NCBI GenBank assembly: GCA_963833875.1 | Contig: CAWHZM010000002.1 | Location: forward strand, 1,260,104 to 1,324,103 | DNA: 64,000 bases | Source of the DNA: an uncultured Acidobacteriaceae bacterium | GTDB taxonomy: Bacteria > Acidobacteriota > Terriglobia > Terriglobales > Acidobacteriaceae | Direction: 5' to 3' | In this document: positions 10,135 to 21,425 of the stretch, piece after piece | How positions within the stretch are numbered: position 1 is the stretch's first letter | Layout: the number at the start of each line of letters is the position of its first letter | The notes under the pieces: generated by a model | Seen by the model: only the letters and a program-made list of their open reading frames with translations | Database searches by the model: none | What the model was told of the DNA's origin: nothing | Position numbers and translations under genes: made by a program

Positions 10135-12029
10135 TCAAAGTAAGGGTTTATGGGCGCTGTGAACAATGGAAGATTTTTGAGAAGCACTTTTCGTTACCAC
10201 TGAAGAGATGCTCCGACTAGGTCCAGCGAGAGCAGTAGCGGACCACGTCTGATCTGGATAGAGACTAGGAATCCGAAATCCACGATATACGAGCTGTAAC
10301 GGGACCTGCATCTTCCAAACCAGCTCGGGGGGATCAGTATATGTGAATTCCTCAATGTCAGAGATGCCGGGTGTCACGGTCATATCATCCGCGATGTCAA
10401 CCTCCATGTCGCCGTTGGGCAAAATCAAGGCATCCCCGCAGCAGAGAGAATAATAAGGCAATAGATTCGCCTCCCCAAAGAACAGACGCCGTATTTGTCG
10501 GTGGACGGGTGGAAAAATAGGAACACTGCTGTAGCAAGCACCTACTCCTACCGTGCCGCAAACATCATTGTTGCTATCCATCAATCGGCTATTTCCATCA
10601 TTGAAGAACATTAGCGAAAAAACCCCTGAGCTATTTGAGCTCACAATTGTGGGATAATGTTGACCGTAGTTCCACTCTCTGGGAGCCTGTCCCGGGGATA
10701 AGGTGAAAGTTCCCCCGTCTCCTTCAGGGTCCACATGATACTGCCATCGCCCATTCCGTTTTGATAGTTAATCTTGATGATCCAATTCTGGTTGCGCATA
10801 GAGAGAATCAGGTTCCCGTCGGTGGGCGAATAAACGATTGCGTTGGAATGAGTCCAATCCGCGAAGCCGTACGGCGCATGTGCAAGAGGCAGATGATCAA
10901 AGGTTGACCAAATCCATACTGCGCGCTGCTGCTGAGGATCCCAGTCGATAAGCGCATCTCCCTCCATGCCCGTATTCGGTGGAACTCCGGCCACATTGTT
11001 AATTGTTTCCCCGTAGTTCACGAGGAGGATCCAGTGCCCGTCGGGTAACACTGCGACATCGTGATGGAAAGATGACAGAGAATGGCCGAAGATACCTTCC
11101 ACTGCGGCGTTAACGGTACTCAGTGGAAGGCTGGCAATGATGTTGCCCGCGAGGTCAACCTCGCGGATTTCGTTTCCATATCCTGCGCCCGCCGCATCAT
11201 TAGGAACGATGAGGACAAGATAGTGACCATTGGGCAGCGGCTTGATAGGCAGTGCCCAGGTAGTTAACCCCAGATCGTAGTACCAGATTACGTTGCCTTC
11301 CAAGTCCGTAGCGAAGGCGGAAAACTGATCTCCTCCATAGCTATTCACTGTCGAGAACAATTCGACACCCGGACTCGGCGAGCCCACTCCTGTGCCTTGA
11401 CCGGTGACATTGGGAAGACGATTGGCTGGGATAGACCCGGTTGCAAACGTATGATCTGAGTCGAGGACTTTGGAGCCATTAGCCAGTGTGAGAACAGCCT
11501 GCATGTGGTAGGTTGAGCTGGCCCGCATACCGGCAACAAGAATGGTTACTACCCCTCCGGCGGCAGTAGTTGTTGCGGATGTTGTGAGACCATAGCCGGT
11601 ATCAGGGCCAAACTGCACTTGAACTGACGCGCCAGCCGGTGCGGCTATTAAGTAGGAAGCTACCAGTGGGTGTTGCGTGGGACCAACTGAACCCGAAGGG
11701 AATTTCGTAATGAAGCTGACCAGGGCCGAACTCGACTGACCTTGGATGCTGATAGTGGCGGGTTGTGGGGAGACTGCGGAGGGAGCTGTATAAAAGCCTT
11801 CCGGCGTGATCGTCCCAGTGGACGACGAACCGCCCGCTACGCCATTGACTAGCAAAACGGGCGCAGACAAAGAGATCCTCGCCACCGTGAATTGAAAGCT
11901 CTGTCCGGGGAGAAGCGCGACTGCCGAAGGCGTTATAACCGCTGGGCCAGAGGAACCGCAACTGATTAGAACCAACATGCAGCAGACAACCGACGCAGCT
12001 GCAGAAAAGCGCAGTCTCCAATCGAGCAT
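10135..12029 (-). pseudogene. arylsulfotransferase (ASST)-like beta-propeller lipoprotein, one frameshift near 10720-10735
   Basis: Lipobox VLISCG and an Ig-like N-terminal region, then FHHDVAVLPDGHW and DWTHSNAIVYSPTDGNLILSMRNQNWIIKINY, typical of the ASST family. The 462-aa ORF and the overlapping 199-aa ORF join as ...SIMWTLK/GDGGTFTLSPG.... Confidence 0.6.
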
Positions 12030-12425
12030 GGCTCCCCCTCCGAGGGACTTAAAAGAACTGAATTTTAAAACGGTGAGCGGAATTCTACGCCGGTGGTCGA
12101 GAAGCCGCTACTCTGCAGACGAAGGCACGGTAACACAAAGATATGCCTGCAATCAATTACTATAGTGGGGCTTATCGAAGTTCCCCGCTGCCACTTCGAA
12201 GGGTTTTCCTAGGCAGGAGTGTTTTCATATGCGGATTGCAGTGCTGGAAATGATCCCTAACTTCTCCGTCAAGCGAAATAACCAAACCTGCGCCCGATTT
12301 TTGATGTGTGTTCAAATGTTTTGGGATGGGGAGTGGCCTCGGTCTCGAAAATTGGAGACCGCGACGCTTGATGTCGCATCTGCGTGATTCCTCTTCATGT
12401 AAATCGAAGCGGTCTTTGGATCTGA

Positions 12426-13805
12426 GTGAGAATGGAGCCTCGCCGAATTTCAGCTATTCTTAACATGAATATCGCTCTTAAGAATAATCAACAGCCTACA
12501 GACCACAGCCAACGTCGGGACGTGCAACTTATACAGGGCATTTTTTCGGCGTTAGCCGGGCGCGGCGTAGCGGCGATTGTAAGTTTTGTATCCGTTCCTC
12601 TAACGGTAAGGTACCTCGGAGCGGAAAGGTATGGAGCTTGGATCATCATCAGTACGGCGATCGCTTGGGTCGCCCTCGCGGACCTTGGATTGAGCAACAG
12701 CTTGACAAATGCCGTCTCCGAAGGTTTCGCGCAGGGCAGGAAAGATTTAGCGCAGAGCTATGTTGCTGCCGCATTCTGGTCGTTGGCGGGAATTGCTGCT
12801 TTGTTATCGATAGCTTTTTTCTGTATCTGGCCGCACGTACCGTGGGACCGGGTGTTCAACGTACGATCGTTGCAAGCGCGAGAAGAAGTCGGGCCGGCGG
12901 TTGCAGTGGCTTTCGCGATTTTTGTGCTGAACCTCCCGTTTTCGATAACCGGTAAGATTTACGGGGCATATCAGGAGGTCGCCAAGGGTAACGCGTGGGC
13001 TGCAGCGGGAAACCTTCTTGGCCTCGCGGCGCTCGTAGCCGTGACACGATTCAACGGTGGCCTGGTTTCCTTAGTGATTGCAGTGTCTGGCGCCGTATTT
13101 CTCGTGAATGTGATTAATGCAGTATGGTTGTTCAGCCGGGCGAAACCTTGGCTGATCCCGCGACTCAGCCGGATCAGTTATTCGGCGATTCAAAAGTTAA
13201 CTTCGTTGGGAGGGATGTTTTTCGTCATTCAAGTCGCAGGGCTGGTGCTTTTCCAGACCGACAACCTGATCATTGCCCATTATCTTGGGGCCGCCGCGGT
13301 TACCCCATACAGCGTCACTTGGAGACTGTTTACCTACGCAGCGTTGTTTCAAATGTTAGCTGGGCCATCGTATTGGCCGGCCTATGCGGAAGCTTTTTCG
13401 CGTGGCGACGTGGCATGGGTTCGCCGCAGATTCCGAGCGAATCTCGGCATCGCCGTAGGATCCACCCTAGCGCTGGCGCTGCCCCTCGTGATTTGCGGAA
13501 AATGGATTATCAGGAAATGGGCAGGCGGTGCTGCAGTTCCAACCGCCAGCCTACTCCTCTGGATGGGAATTTGGAGTTTGATATACAGTGCGATGAGTTC
13601 GCAATCCTGCCTGCTCGCAAGCTCGGGAAAGGTTAAAATACAAACGATTTATGCGACCATAGCAGCCGCCGTCAATCTCATCCTGTCAATCATCCTGGTG
13701 CGAAGGCTTGGTCTGGTCGGTGTGATTATGGGAACGATCGGTGCATACCTGATTTGCGTAGTAGTGCCGCAAACGCTTGACGTGGAACGCAGTCTCCGAG
13801 GGTAG
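12426..13805 (+). CDS. Wzx-type oligosaccharide flippase (MOP superfamily)
   Basis: 459-aa polytopic membrane ORF. The N-terminal pattern VSFVSVPLTVRYLGAERYGAWIIIS is typical of polysaccharide-biosynthesis flippases. Start may be 12426, 12432 or 12465. Confidence 0.8.
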   Translation: MRMEPRRISAILNMNIALKNNQQPTDHSQRRDVQLIQGIFSALAGRGVAAIVSFVSVPLTVRYLGAERYGAWIIISTAIAWVALADLGLSNSLTNAVSEGFAQGRKDLAQSYVAAAFWSLAGIAALLSIAFFCIWPHVPWDRVFNVRSLQAREEVGPAVAVAFAIFVLNLPFSITGKIYGAYQEVAKGNAWAAAGNLLGLAALVAVTRFNGGLVSLVIAVSGAVFLVNVINAVWLFSRAKPWLIPRLSRISYSAIQKLTSLGGMFFVIQVAGLVLFQTDNLIIAHYLGAAAVTPYSVTWRLFTYAALFQMLAGPSYWPAYAEAFSRGDVAWVRRRFRANLGIAVGSTLALALPLVICGKWIIRKWAGGAAVPTASLLLWMGIWSLIYSAMSSQSCLLASSGKVKIQTIYATIAAAVNLILSIILVRRLGLVGVIMGTIGAYLICVVVPQTLDVERSLRG

Positions 13806-13851
13806 AAGGTTGCTGGACTTGGACTTTTCGACGAACTAACGAGGACCGATC

Positions 13852-14850
13852 TTGCCGAATCTGAAGCTGTTGCATCGTATGCGCTCCCATTTTATCGGGC
13901 GGGTTCAAGCCACGGCTGATGATTCCCTCCTTTTGCTGGGCCGCATGGCTAGTTGGAGGGTTCGCTCGATGGAAGCTACCGCATCCCTCGCCGCAGTCGA
14001 ATTCAAGGTTTTTTCCCAATGGGGCGAGGATGGAATTATCGATTGGATCGTCGAGCGAGCCCAAATCCCGCCTCATCTTCAAAGCTTTATCGAATTCGGA
14101 GTTGAATTCTATGGTGAGGCAAACACACGATTTCTCCTTCAAAACCGCAATTGGCGGGGGCTCGTGATTGATGGCAGCCCCACTCAAATTAAGCGCCTAA
14201 TGAGAGAGGAGAAGTTATTCTGGAAATATGACTTGACCGCAAAATCCGCCTTCGTCACTCGGGAAAATATAAACGAGTTATTTGCCGACGCGGGCTTCGC
14301 AGGCGAGATCGGTCTGATCAGCATCGACATTGATGGGAACGACTACTGGGTGTGGGAAGCAATTAGCGCGGTTCGTCCGATTATCTGCATCTGTGAATAC
14401 AATGCGGTCTTTGGTGATGTTTGGCCGATAACTATTCCTTACGACCCGCGCTTCGTTCGTTCTCGGTCCGAATTTAGGGGACTCTACTACGGAGCGTCAA
14501 TTAAGGCGCTTCGATCTCTCGCGACGCGCAAGGGATATCGGTTTCTGGGCACAAATTCAGAAGGAGTGAATGCGTTCTTCGTTCGAGAAGACTACGCATC
14601 TCGCTTTAGCTCTTCGATTGCCGGCGCTTTGGCGAGGCCGTCCAAGCTTCGTGAGTCTCGGGATCATAGCGGGCGCTTGTCCTATGTGCGCGGGCTTGAG
14701 CGGGCGCATTTGATTCGAGAGCTCCCTGTGATTAATACCGACACTTTGGAACGGCAGCTTCTGGGAGAATTGGATCCTCTATACAGTGAGCAGTGGCGGC
14801 GAATTCTAGAAACATCCACCCCCAGTGCGGATCCGGCGGAGTGTCCTTGA
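13852..14850 (+). CDS. hypothetical protein, possibly FkbM-like methyltransferase fold
   Basis: 332-aa ORF. FSQWGEDGIIDWIV...FIEFGV...NTRFLL...WRGLVIDG and ISIDIDGNDYWVW resemble FkbM-type proteins as I remember them; not verified. Confidence 0.4.
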   Translation: MPNLKLLHRMRSHFIGRVQATADDSLLLLGRMASWRVRSMEATASLAAVEFKVFSQWGEDGIIDWIVERAQIPPHLQSFIEFGVEFYGEANTRFLLQNRNWRGLVIDGSPTQIKRLMREEKLFWKYDLTAKSAFVTRENINELFADAGFAGEIGLISIDIDGNDYWVWEAISAVRPIICICEYNAVFGDVWPITIPYDPRFVRSRSEFRGLYYGASIKALRSLATRKGYRFLGTNSEGVNAFFVREDYASRFSSSIAGALARPSKLRESRDHSGRLSYVRGLERAHLIRELPVINTDTLERQLLGELDPLYSEQWRRILETSTPSADPAECP

Positions 14851-16133
14851 TGAGAATAGCAGTTTGGCATAACTTGCCGAGTGGCGGGGGAAAGCGCGCT
14901 CTTTACGACCAAATCCGGGGGCTTGTTGCCAGGGGCCATGAAATTGAAGCGTGGTGTCCTCCGACTGCAGATCAAAGCTACTTGCCGTTGAGTAATCTGG
15001 TTCGCGAGCATGTTGTGCCCCTGTCGATCGAAGCTTATTTGGACCGTCCGCCCTCCTTCTCGCGAAAGTTACGCCCAGTTCATTGGAACGCTCGCGTCAG
15101 ACTGAGGGCCATGCGACAGCATTGCCGACAGTGTGCTCGACCGATCAACGCGGGGAGATTCGACCTCTTCTTTGGAGCAGGGTGTATGTTTTTTCATACA
15201 CCGCGGATTGGCCCTTTTATTCAAATTCCCAGCGTTGTATATCTGCAAGAGCCACACAGACCTTTTTACGAGCCTTCGCCCGATTTGCCATGGGTAGCCA
15301 TGTCCTGGACCGCGCGAGATTTATTCGACCGCTTTTTTTGGCGGAAAGCCTTGCTTCGAAAAGTGCGGCTTCCGGGCATGAGGATTCAGGCGAGGGAAGA
15401 ACGATTGGATGCCATGGCGTACGACCGAATTCTGGTTAACTCGTTATATTCACGGGAGAGTGTTCTCCGGGTCTTCGGAGTTAATTCGAGGGTCTGTTAC
15501 CTCGGCATCGATACCGAAAAATTCGTAAATCAACACAAAGCCCGCGAACGATTCGCGATATGCGTAGGGGCCTGCATACCTGATAAAAATATAGAGCTCT
15601 TAATATTGTCGTTGGCGAAAATTTCTGCAGCTAGCCGCCCCAGTCTCATTCTCGTCGCGAATATCTTCTCGGAGCCGTATCTTGAAAGGATGCGAGCGTT
15701 GGCCGCGCAGAGTGGAGTGAATTTTGAACTCAAACTCCGAATTGATGACTCTGAACTCATCGATCTCCTGAATCGAGCGCGAGTGATGCTATACGCCCCC
15801 AGGTTGGAGCCCTTTGGATTGGCTCCGCTCGAGGCGAACGCCTGCGGCCTGCCAGTTATCGCTGTGGCGGAAGGCGGAGTTCGAGAAACCATTCTGGACG
15901 GGATCAACGGCCTTTTAGTGGAACACGACCCTGACAGCATGGGTACGGCGATCGAGCGACTCCTGGTTGACGATGGACTTCATCGCCGTCTGAGTGAGGA
16001 GGCGCATCGCACCGCCAACACGAAATGGTCACTTCAGTTATCGATCGACCGGCTTGAGCAGAACCTGATGGCCCTGATTAGCCCCGGCGCGCCGGAATCC
16101 AGCGACTCTATCCCAGCTCGCGCACTCGCTTAG
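14850..16133 (+). CDS. family 4 (GT-B) glycosyltransferase
   Basis: ATG 14850 overlaps the upstream TGA (ATGA). MRIAVWHNLPSGGGKRAL at the N-terminus and EPFGLAPLEANACGLPVIA at the C-terminus are GT4 signatures. Confidence 0.85.
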   Translation: MRIAVWHNLPSGGGKRALYDQIRGLVARGHEIEAWCPPTADQSYLPLSNLVREHVVPLSIEAYLDRPPSFSRKLRPVHWNARVRLRAMRQHCRQCARPINAGRFDLFFGAGCMFFHTPRIGPFIQIPSVVYLQEPHRPFYEPSPDLPWVAMSWTARDLFDRFFWRKALLRKVRLPGMRIQAREERLDAMAYDRILVNSLYSRESVLRVFGVNSRVCYLGIDTEKFVNQHKARERFAICVGACIPDKNIELLILSLAKISAASRPSLILVANIFSEPYLERMRALAAQSGVNFELKLRIDDSELIDLLNRARVMLYAPRLEPFGLAPLEANACGLPVIAVAEGGVRETILDGINGLLVEHDPDSMGTAIERLLVDDGLHRRLSEEAHRTANTKWSLQLSIDRLEQNLMALISPGAPESSDSIPARALA

Positions 16134-17236
16134 TTGCTTCCAGAAACGCCCGTCCCCACTTGAGGCAGGGTTCCAGGTGACATCCTTCACCCCACTCGTT
16201 CCAGGCATTAATGAATACCCATCGAAGGCCTTCCTCGTCTGGCCGCGTTTTCTCCACGGCTCTTCGAAGCCATCTCTCATATTCCTGTGGTGTCGAATCC
16301 TTTAGCATGAAGGCCTTTCGCTCACGGCGCGCAGAATTGTCCCACATCGGGGTCACGCATTCAAATCTGCGATAAGGCGGAGCCTGAGACGCCTCCCAAC
16401 GTCTGTAAAGGTCGCGGTATTGAAACACCCGATCATTTCGCAGGGGACTTCTTAGGGTGCGTAGCGCCCGGATCAAGGGAGATGCGCTAAAGAGCTGAGT
16501 GTTCGGTTGAAAGCGGACAGCGGCATCAAATCCTATCTTGGAGGGATCCTGGGTTGCACGGACGAACGTACTTTCGACATTTACCAGGAAAAGCTCGCCC
16601 AATCCGGCTTGCTTCGCCTCATCTCTCCAAGTTTGTGCAGTTCTTAAAGGATCTGGCAGGAGTTCGATTCTATAGATCAGGATAAGAGGCTTATCTTCTA
16701 TCCGAATATACCGCCAGTCTTCAAATAAGCGCATAAGGTGACGAATGTGAGAAACGTCATCTTCGGCAGAGTATTGCTGCTCGAGGAGTATCCTCCGGCT
16801 GTCACCATCCCATGCTCTCGTCCAATTCTCATTCGCCCAGCAGATGCATAAATGGGAAAGTCTGGCTCTACCGTAATCTCAGCACTTCATCGATGAGGCC
16901 AGTTCCAGCAGCGCGCCTGTCCGTTGAACCAGTAGTGGTAGTAGCAAAAACCATAAATGCCACGTACGCTCGCGCGAGCTCTGCCTGGGCCTCCCGCACT
17001 GTCGGGCAACCGTAAATCGTAGAAGCCGAGATCGGCCGGCAGATGGGGCTGATAATGTCCTAACAACATCGAGGCGCGCGCCTTGGTCAACATTGGTCCA
17101 TTCGGTAAATCCTTCCCCCCACCAGTTCGTTGTTGTACGGCGTGGGATGGAATTGAGGAAGGTAAAAAGCGATAAAACGTGGGGGAGGGGATGCCGCGTT
17201 CTGCGACAGAGCAGTCTTGTTTTCGCCTATCGGCAT
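16108..17236 (-). pseudogene. WbsX-like (GH99-like) glycosyltransferase family gene, heavily frameshifted
   Basis: Signature pieces FIAFYLPQFHPTPYNNE / WWGEGFTEWTNV / GHYQPHLPADLGFYDLR / GIYGFCYYHYWFNG lie in different frames within 16880-17240. The C-terminal 208-aa fragment 16108..16734 is intact. Confidence 0.7.
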
Positions 17237-17325
17237 CGTTGCTTTGATAATATACTTGGTGCAGAGTCCGATGTCATGGAGCTTATCTTGCCAGACCAAC
17301 CTCAGGCGACGGGAAACAATTTCCG

Positions 17326-18201
17326 TTGAGTTCAAATCCGCAGGTCGACTGCATTGTTTTGAATTGGAATGGTTGGCAAGACACAATCAGCTGCCTCGAT
17401 TCGTTCGCAAAATGCACCTACCCAAGCCTCAGGGTCATCGTAGTAGACAATGGCTCGGCGGACGATTCGATTGCCCGGATACGGGCTGCTCATCCCGACA
17501 TTTTGCTGCTTGAAAATTCCAAAAATCTAGGTTTCGCCGGCGGCAATAACGTTGGAATCGGCTACGCGCTCACTCACGGTGCGGAGTATCTGTGGCTGCT
17601 GAATAATGATACGGAACCCGCTCCGGATGCGCTTTGTGCCTTAGTGGAGAAGGCCATGAGTGATAGAACCATTGGGGCGGCCGCTTCCATCTGCTATTTT
17701 GCGGACGCTCCGTCTAAGATCCAGGCATGGGCGGGAGCCCGTGTCAATTTGTGGATCGGATACAGCCGCTTAAACACTGAGCCTCGTCCCGACAACTGGT
17801 TTCATACTTTGAATGGCACCAGCATGCTCATAAGCCGGAGCGCCGTCGAAGATGTAGGGATGTTAGACGAAGATTTTTTTCTCTACTGGGAGGATACGGA
17901 GTTTTGCTTGCGGCTTCGCAAAAAAGGATGGAAAATCGCCGCTGCTCCCCATTCCCACGTGCTTCATAAGGTCAATGCCAGCACTCAAGGGAATTGGAGT
18001 CTTCTTGATCGCTATTACACTGCCTCCGGCTTGCGCTTGCTCCAACTCCATTCGCCGGCGCCTCGGTTCGCCTCGCTGATGTTCCTGACGATACGTTTCG
18101 CGCGACGTTTGCTAAGACTTCAGTTTGCGCGTTGCAGAAGCGTGTTGGCCGGGATCCAAGATTATCGGCGGATGCTTCCCGCGTCATCTAAAATGGAATA
18201 G
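17326..18201 (+). CDS. family 2 glycosyltransferase
   Basis: 291-aa ORF with VDCIVLNWNGWQDTISCL, VVDNGSADDS, NLGFAGGNNVG and DEDFFLYWEDTEFCLR. Confidence 0.85.
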   Translation: MSSNPQVDCIVLNWNGWQDTISCLDSFAKCTYPSLRVIVVDNGSADDSIARIRAAHPDILLLENSKNLGFAGGNNVGIGYALTHGAEYLWLLNNDTEPAPDALCALVEKAMSDRTIGAAASICYFADAPSKIQAWAGARVNLWIGYSRLNTEPRPDNWFHTLNGTSMLISRSAVEDVGMLDEDFFLYWEDTEFCLRLRKKGWKIAAAPHSHVLHKVNASTQGNWSLLDRYYTASGLRLLQLHSPAPRFASLMFLTIRFARRLLRLQFARCRSVLAGIQDYRRMLPASSKME

Positions 18202-18286
18202 TGCGCGATCCACAGCTGAATGCGCGCCAAGACCTCGTTTTGGTGGCCAGTTTTTAGGAATTCGTTGGGAGTTTGAACTTTCACTG

Positions 18287-19570
18287 ATGTTGCGAAAGAT
18301 ACAGCACATTTGCCTGGTGGCAAGCATCGGCTTGATAAGCGCTGACCGGATCGATCTGTTTTTCGGCCACGGTCCATTTGTGCTTACCCCATTTCTGGTT
18401 TTCGCGCCCCTCGGACTATTGATTGGTTTCATACGGACGGGGCCTGAAGAGCTGTTTCGCTTTCCCGTAGCGCCGCCTGTTCGCCGGCAACTCCCTTTCA
18501 TTGCAGTAATCATCGTTTTCCTGTTGGTTACGTTTGCTTCCGTTCCGCTAGGGATAGATCCGGGGCGCGGTTTGGTGCTTTTTATTGCCTTATTACTGAT
18601 TGCTGTTTTGGCGTACGGCATTTCAGTGCAGATATTGACGGATCCGGAGCGGGGGAAGCTGATTTCGCAGGCGATCACGTTAGCTCTTATCGTGTATTCA
18701 GTTTTTTGCATTGGAGAGAGTATCGCTTGGAGTCGAGGAATCAGCCTCACCGACGACCCGGTTTCGTGGAGCGAATCGGTGTTTGCAGCCACCCCTTTCG
18801 GAGCCTGGATACCGCGACTCTCTGGCCCAACGATTGACCCAAACCGCGCCGGATTTGTGTTAACGATGTTCCTAGTGTTACTCGATAAGTTCGGTGTTAA
18901 GTTCCGTTACGCCCGTGTTTTGATAGTACTTTTTATTCTGCTGACTCTATCGAAATCTGCCATCGCATGCTGGGTCGGGTATTATCTATTCTCGAAACGC
19001 TTCTGGGCGCGGTTGGCATCCCGGCGTGCGATAGCTTGGCTTACAGTAATTGGTATTGCTGCTTTGGTTGTCTGTTTTGTATATGGGACCCAGGTCGTTA
19101 ACCTGGCAGAAGCATTGGAACTCGGAGATGCAGTATCCAACAGGATGTCGATGGATAGAGGAAGCTCGGGGGAAAGCCATGTGCTTTTGATAGAACGAGG
19201 TTTCGACACCTGGTTGACATCGCCAAAGACGATTATTACCGGGATCGGATTCGGATCCGCGCCTAAAGTATTGGCGGATTTTTTTGGGAACGATAAATAC
19301 GGAAACTTCCACTGCCTTTATGTGACGGTTCTTGCTGAATCGGGGCTCTTGGCGTTTATGGTTCTAGTCTTTCTCCTTGGATATCCAATCATAGGGCGAA
19401 TGGGCAGTTTGTCCGCTATAGCCGCGATTGTCATTTTTAACTTGACCTACCAATCCCATATGGAGCCGATATTTTGGCTTGTCCTGGCACTTTTGTGGTC
19501 GTCCGAAAGGAGACAGATAATTAAAGTCCGAAGTCTTGTTTTAGCTCGCGTTACAGCGGCCTATCCTTGA
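18287..19570 (+). CDS. O-antigen ligase/polymerase-like membrane protein (Wzy candidate)
   Basis: Polytopic membrane ORF; I chose ATG 18287 (MLRKIQHICLV). It has a Wzy_C-like segment LLTLSKSAIACWVGYYLF and a large loop. Confidence 0.6.
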   Translation: MLRKIQHICLVASIGLISADRIDLFFGHGPFVLTPFLVFAPLGLLIGFIRTGPEELFRFPVAPPVRRQLPFIAVIIVFLLVTFASVPLGIDPGRGLVLFIALLLIAVLAYGISVQILTDPERGKLISQAITLALIVYSVFCIGESIAWSRGISLTDDPVSWSESVFAATPFGAWIPRLSGPTIDPNRAGFVLTMFLVLLDKFGVKFRYARVLIVLFILLTLSKSAIACWVGYYLFSKRFWARLASRRAIAWLTVIGIAALVVCFVYGTQVVNLAEALELGDAVSNRMSMDRGSSGESHVLLIERGFDTWLTSPKTIITGIGFGSAPKVLADFFGNDKYGNFHCLYVTVLAESGLLAFMVLVFLLGYPIIGRMGSLSAIAAIVIFNLTYQSHMEPIFWLVLALLWSSERRQIIKVRSLVLARVTAAYP

Positions 19571-19616
19571 GCTGCGGATTGCATGATACTTGCAGACTGT
19601 GCCTGGAGGTGTCCCC

Positions 19617-21248
19617 ATGAACATTAAAAAAGCATTTGCGACGGCTGCATCTTCCTTACTATTCACATCATTCATTGCGGCTCAGATTAGCGCACCTCTT
19701 AAAGTTGCCGGTAATGATATCGGCGCAGAAATCAATGCAGCGTTTAGCGCTTGCGGCCTCAACTGTGCGGTTGTCATTCCTGCGGGAGCTTATTCCTATA
19801 GCACTACCATAGTCATGACCAAGCCTTCCGAGTCTTTAATCGGGGCGGGAAGCGGCCAAACGATCCTGAACTACGAGGGTTCGGGAGACGGAATATTTTG
19901 GCAAATGAATCCGGTGACAGTGACAAAAGCGGGAACTCTGAAAGGATTTACGATCAACGGTACTCCGAGCACCGTTAACTTGATTCACTCGGGGGGGGTG
20001 CAGAATTCAACTTGGGACGACTTAGTTGTTTCGGGGGCCACGGGTCAAGGCGCGAACGGCATTCTTCTTGAAAATGCGGCGCTGCATGGCTTCCGGTGCT
20101 GGACCGAGCGGACTAATATGCGCAACGTTCAGATTGGCGCCAGCGGCGTGGGCAATACAATTGGATTGCACTTGCTGGTCAACGGCGGCACGAAAAGTTT
20201 CGCGTATTCCGATTTCGACGTGCAGTTCAATATTGTGGCAAACCAAATTGGGATGCTGGTGGATACAACGGCCTGGGTCTACCATTCGACGGTGAATTTA
20301 AAAGGAAATATCGATAGCGCTCCCGCGTCATTCCTTACGGTCAAGGGTCTGATCAACCAAGGCTATCTGACGCTGCTCGCGGAGGCGCAGGGGTCGTTCC
20401 CAATGCGATTCATGTAAGTTCAACTGGCAACGTCAACGCTTCGGGAAATGCCGTGGTGCTCTCGATGAGTTATGGGGCCACCACGGGTGGGATAGTCCCG
20501 CCTCAGATTGATTCGGGAGGATTCTATGCGGTCCAACCCTGGCTGGCGCTGGATTTCCCGGGGGCTAATGCCGCTAACACGCAGAGGCCGATGATCCAAA
20601 CTGGTTCGCGAGCGATCAAGTCGGATGGTACGATTGTCGTGGCACAGTCGAATGACCTTCAAGGGCGGCTAATTCTAAGCTGGCCGGCGAATGAAAATCG
20701 CATGGCGCTGATGATTTTCGATATAGCTTGCACCCAGTTTGACGCCGCCTGCTCCTTGAGCATACCGGTGAACTATTCTTATGGAGAACAAGCCGTCTTT
20801 ACAAATCCAACTGTCAAACTGACGAGCGATTCGACCCGTATTCCTCAGCTTCAGGTCACGATTGGAAATCGCAACGGGGGTGCTCAATCGGTGATGGCCT
20901 CCTGGTATGGGTCTGCTGGAGAGTCTCCCACTTTATTCCCCGATGCTGCGCTTGGTGCCATGGCCGTGACCTTGTACGGTCTTGCTTCAGATGGGGGCAG
21001 GAAACCTGAGCTTTAACGGCAAGAAGATTATCCCCTCTACGGTAAACGGCTACCACGGCGCCGGAGCAAAACTGCAGTTGAGCGACGGGACGGGAACCAC
21101 CGACAATCAAGCGGTGTTCGCAGGAGATGGGAGTCTGACCAACAGTAAGGCAGGTTCTGCCGGCCATGCTACGTGCTGGAAGGCTATTGGTCAGGTTGGC
21201 TATTGTTCCAGCGCGGTTAGTTCTACCGGTACCTGCATCTGTAATTAG
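19617..21248 (+). pseudogene. secreted right-handed beta-helix (pectate-lyase-fold) protein, candidate glycanase, two frameshifts
   Basis: Signal peptide MNIKKAFATAASSLLFTSFIAAQ. The reading continues through frames 3, 2 and 3 (track ORFs 19590.., 20453.., 20982..). Both breaks sit in G runs (20390-20393 and 20993-20997). Confidence 0.6.
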
Positions 21249-21425
21249 TTCGATCGAAGCTCAGTCTGCGAGCTCTCCTGCACGAAAGCGGGCTAACCCG
21301 CTAAAGGGAAATTGTTGCCAGCCTATTGGACGAGCTCATTTCAACAGCCGATTCTGCTGTAGGATCATTTCCACGTTGCCCCAATCAATACGCTGTATCT
21401 TGCGGGAGAAAAAAGGAGCGTCGCA

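Noticed and set aside
12229-12387. 52-codon ORF starting MRIAVLEMIPNF... in the divergent intergenic region (GT-like N-terminus)
   Set aside because: It is too short, and the GT resemblance rests on five residues. At most it is a relic.
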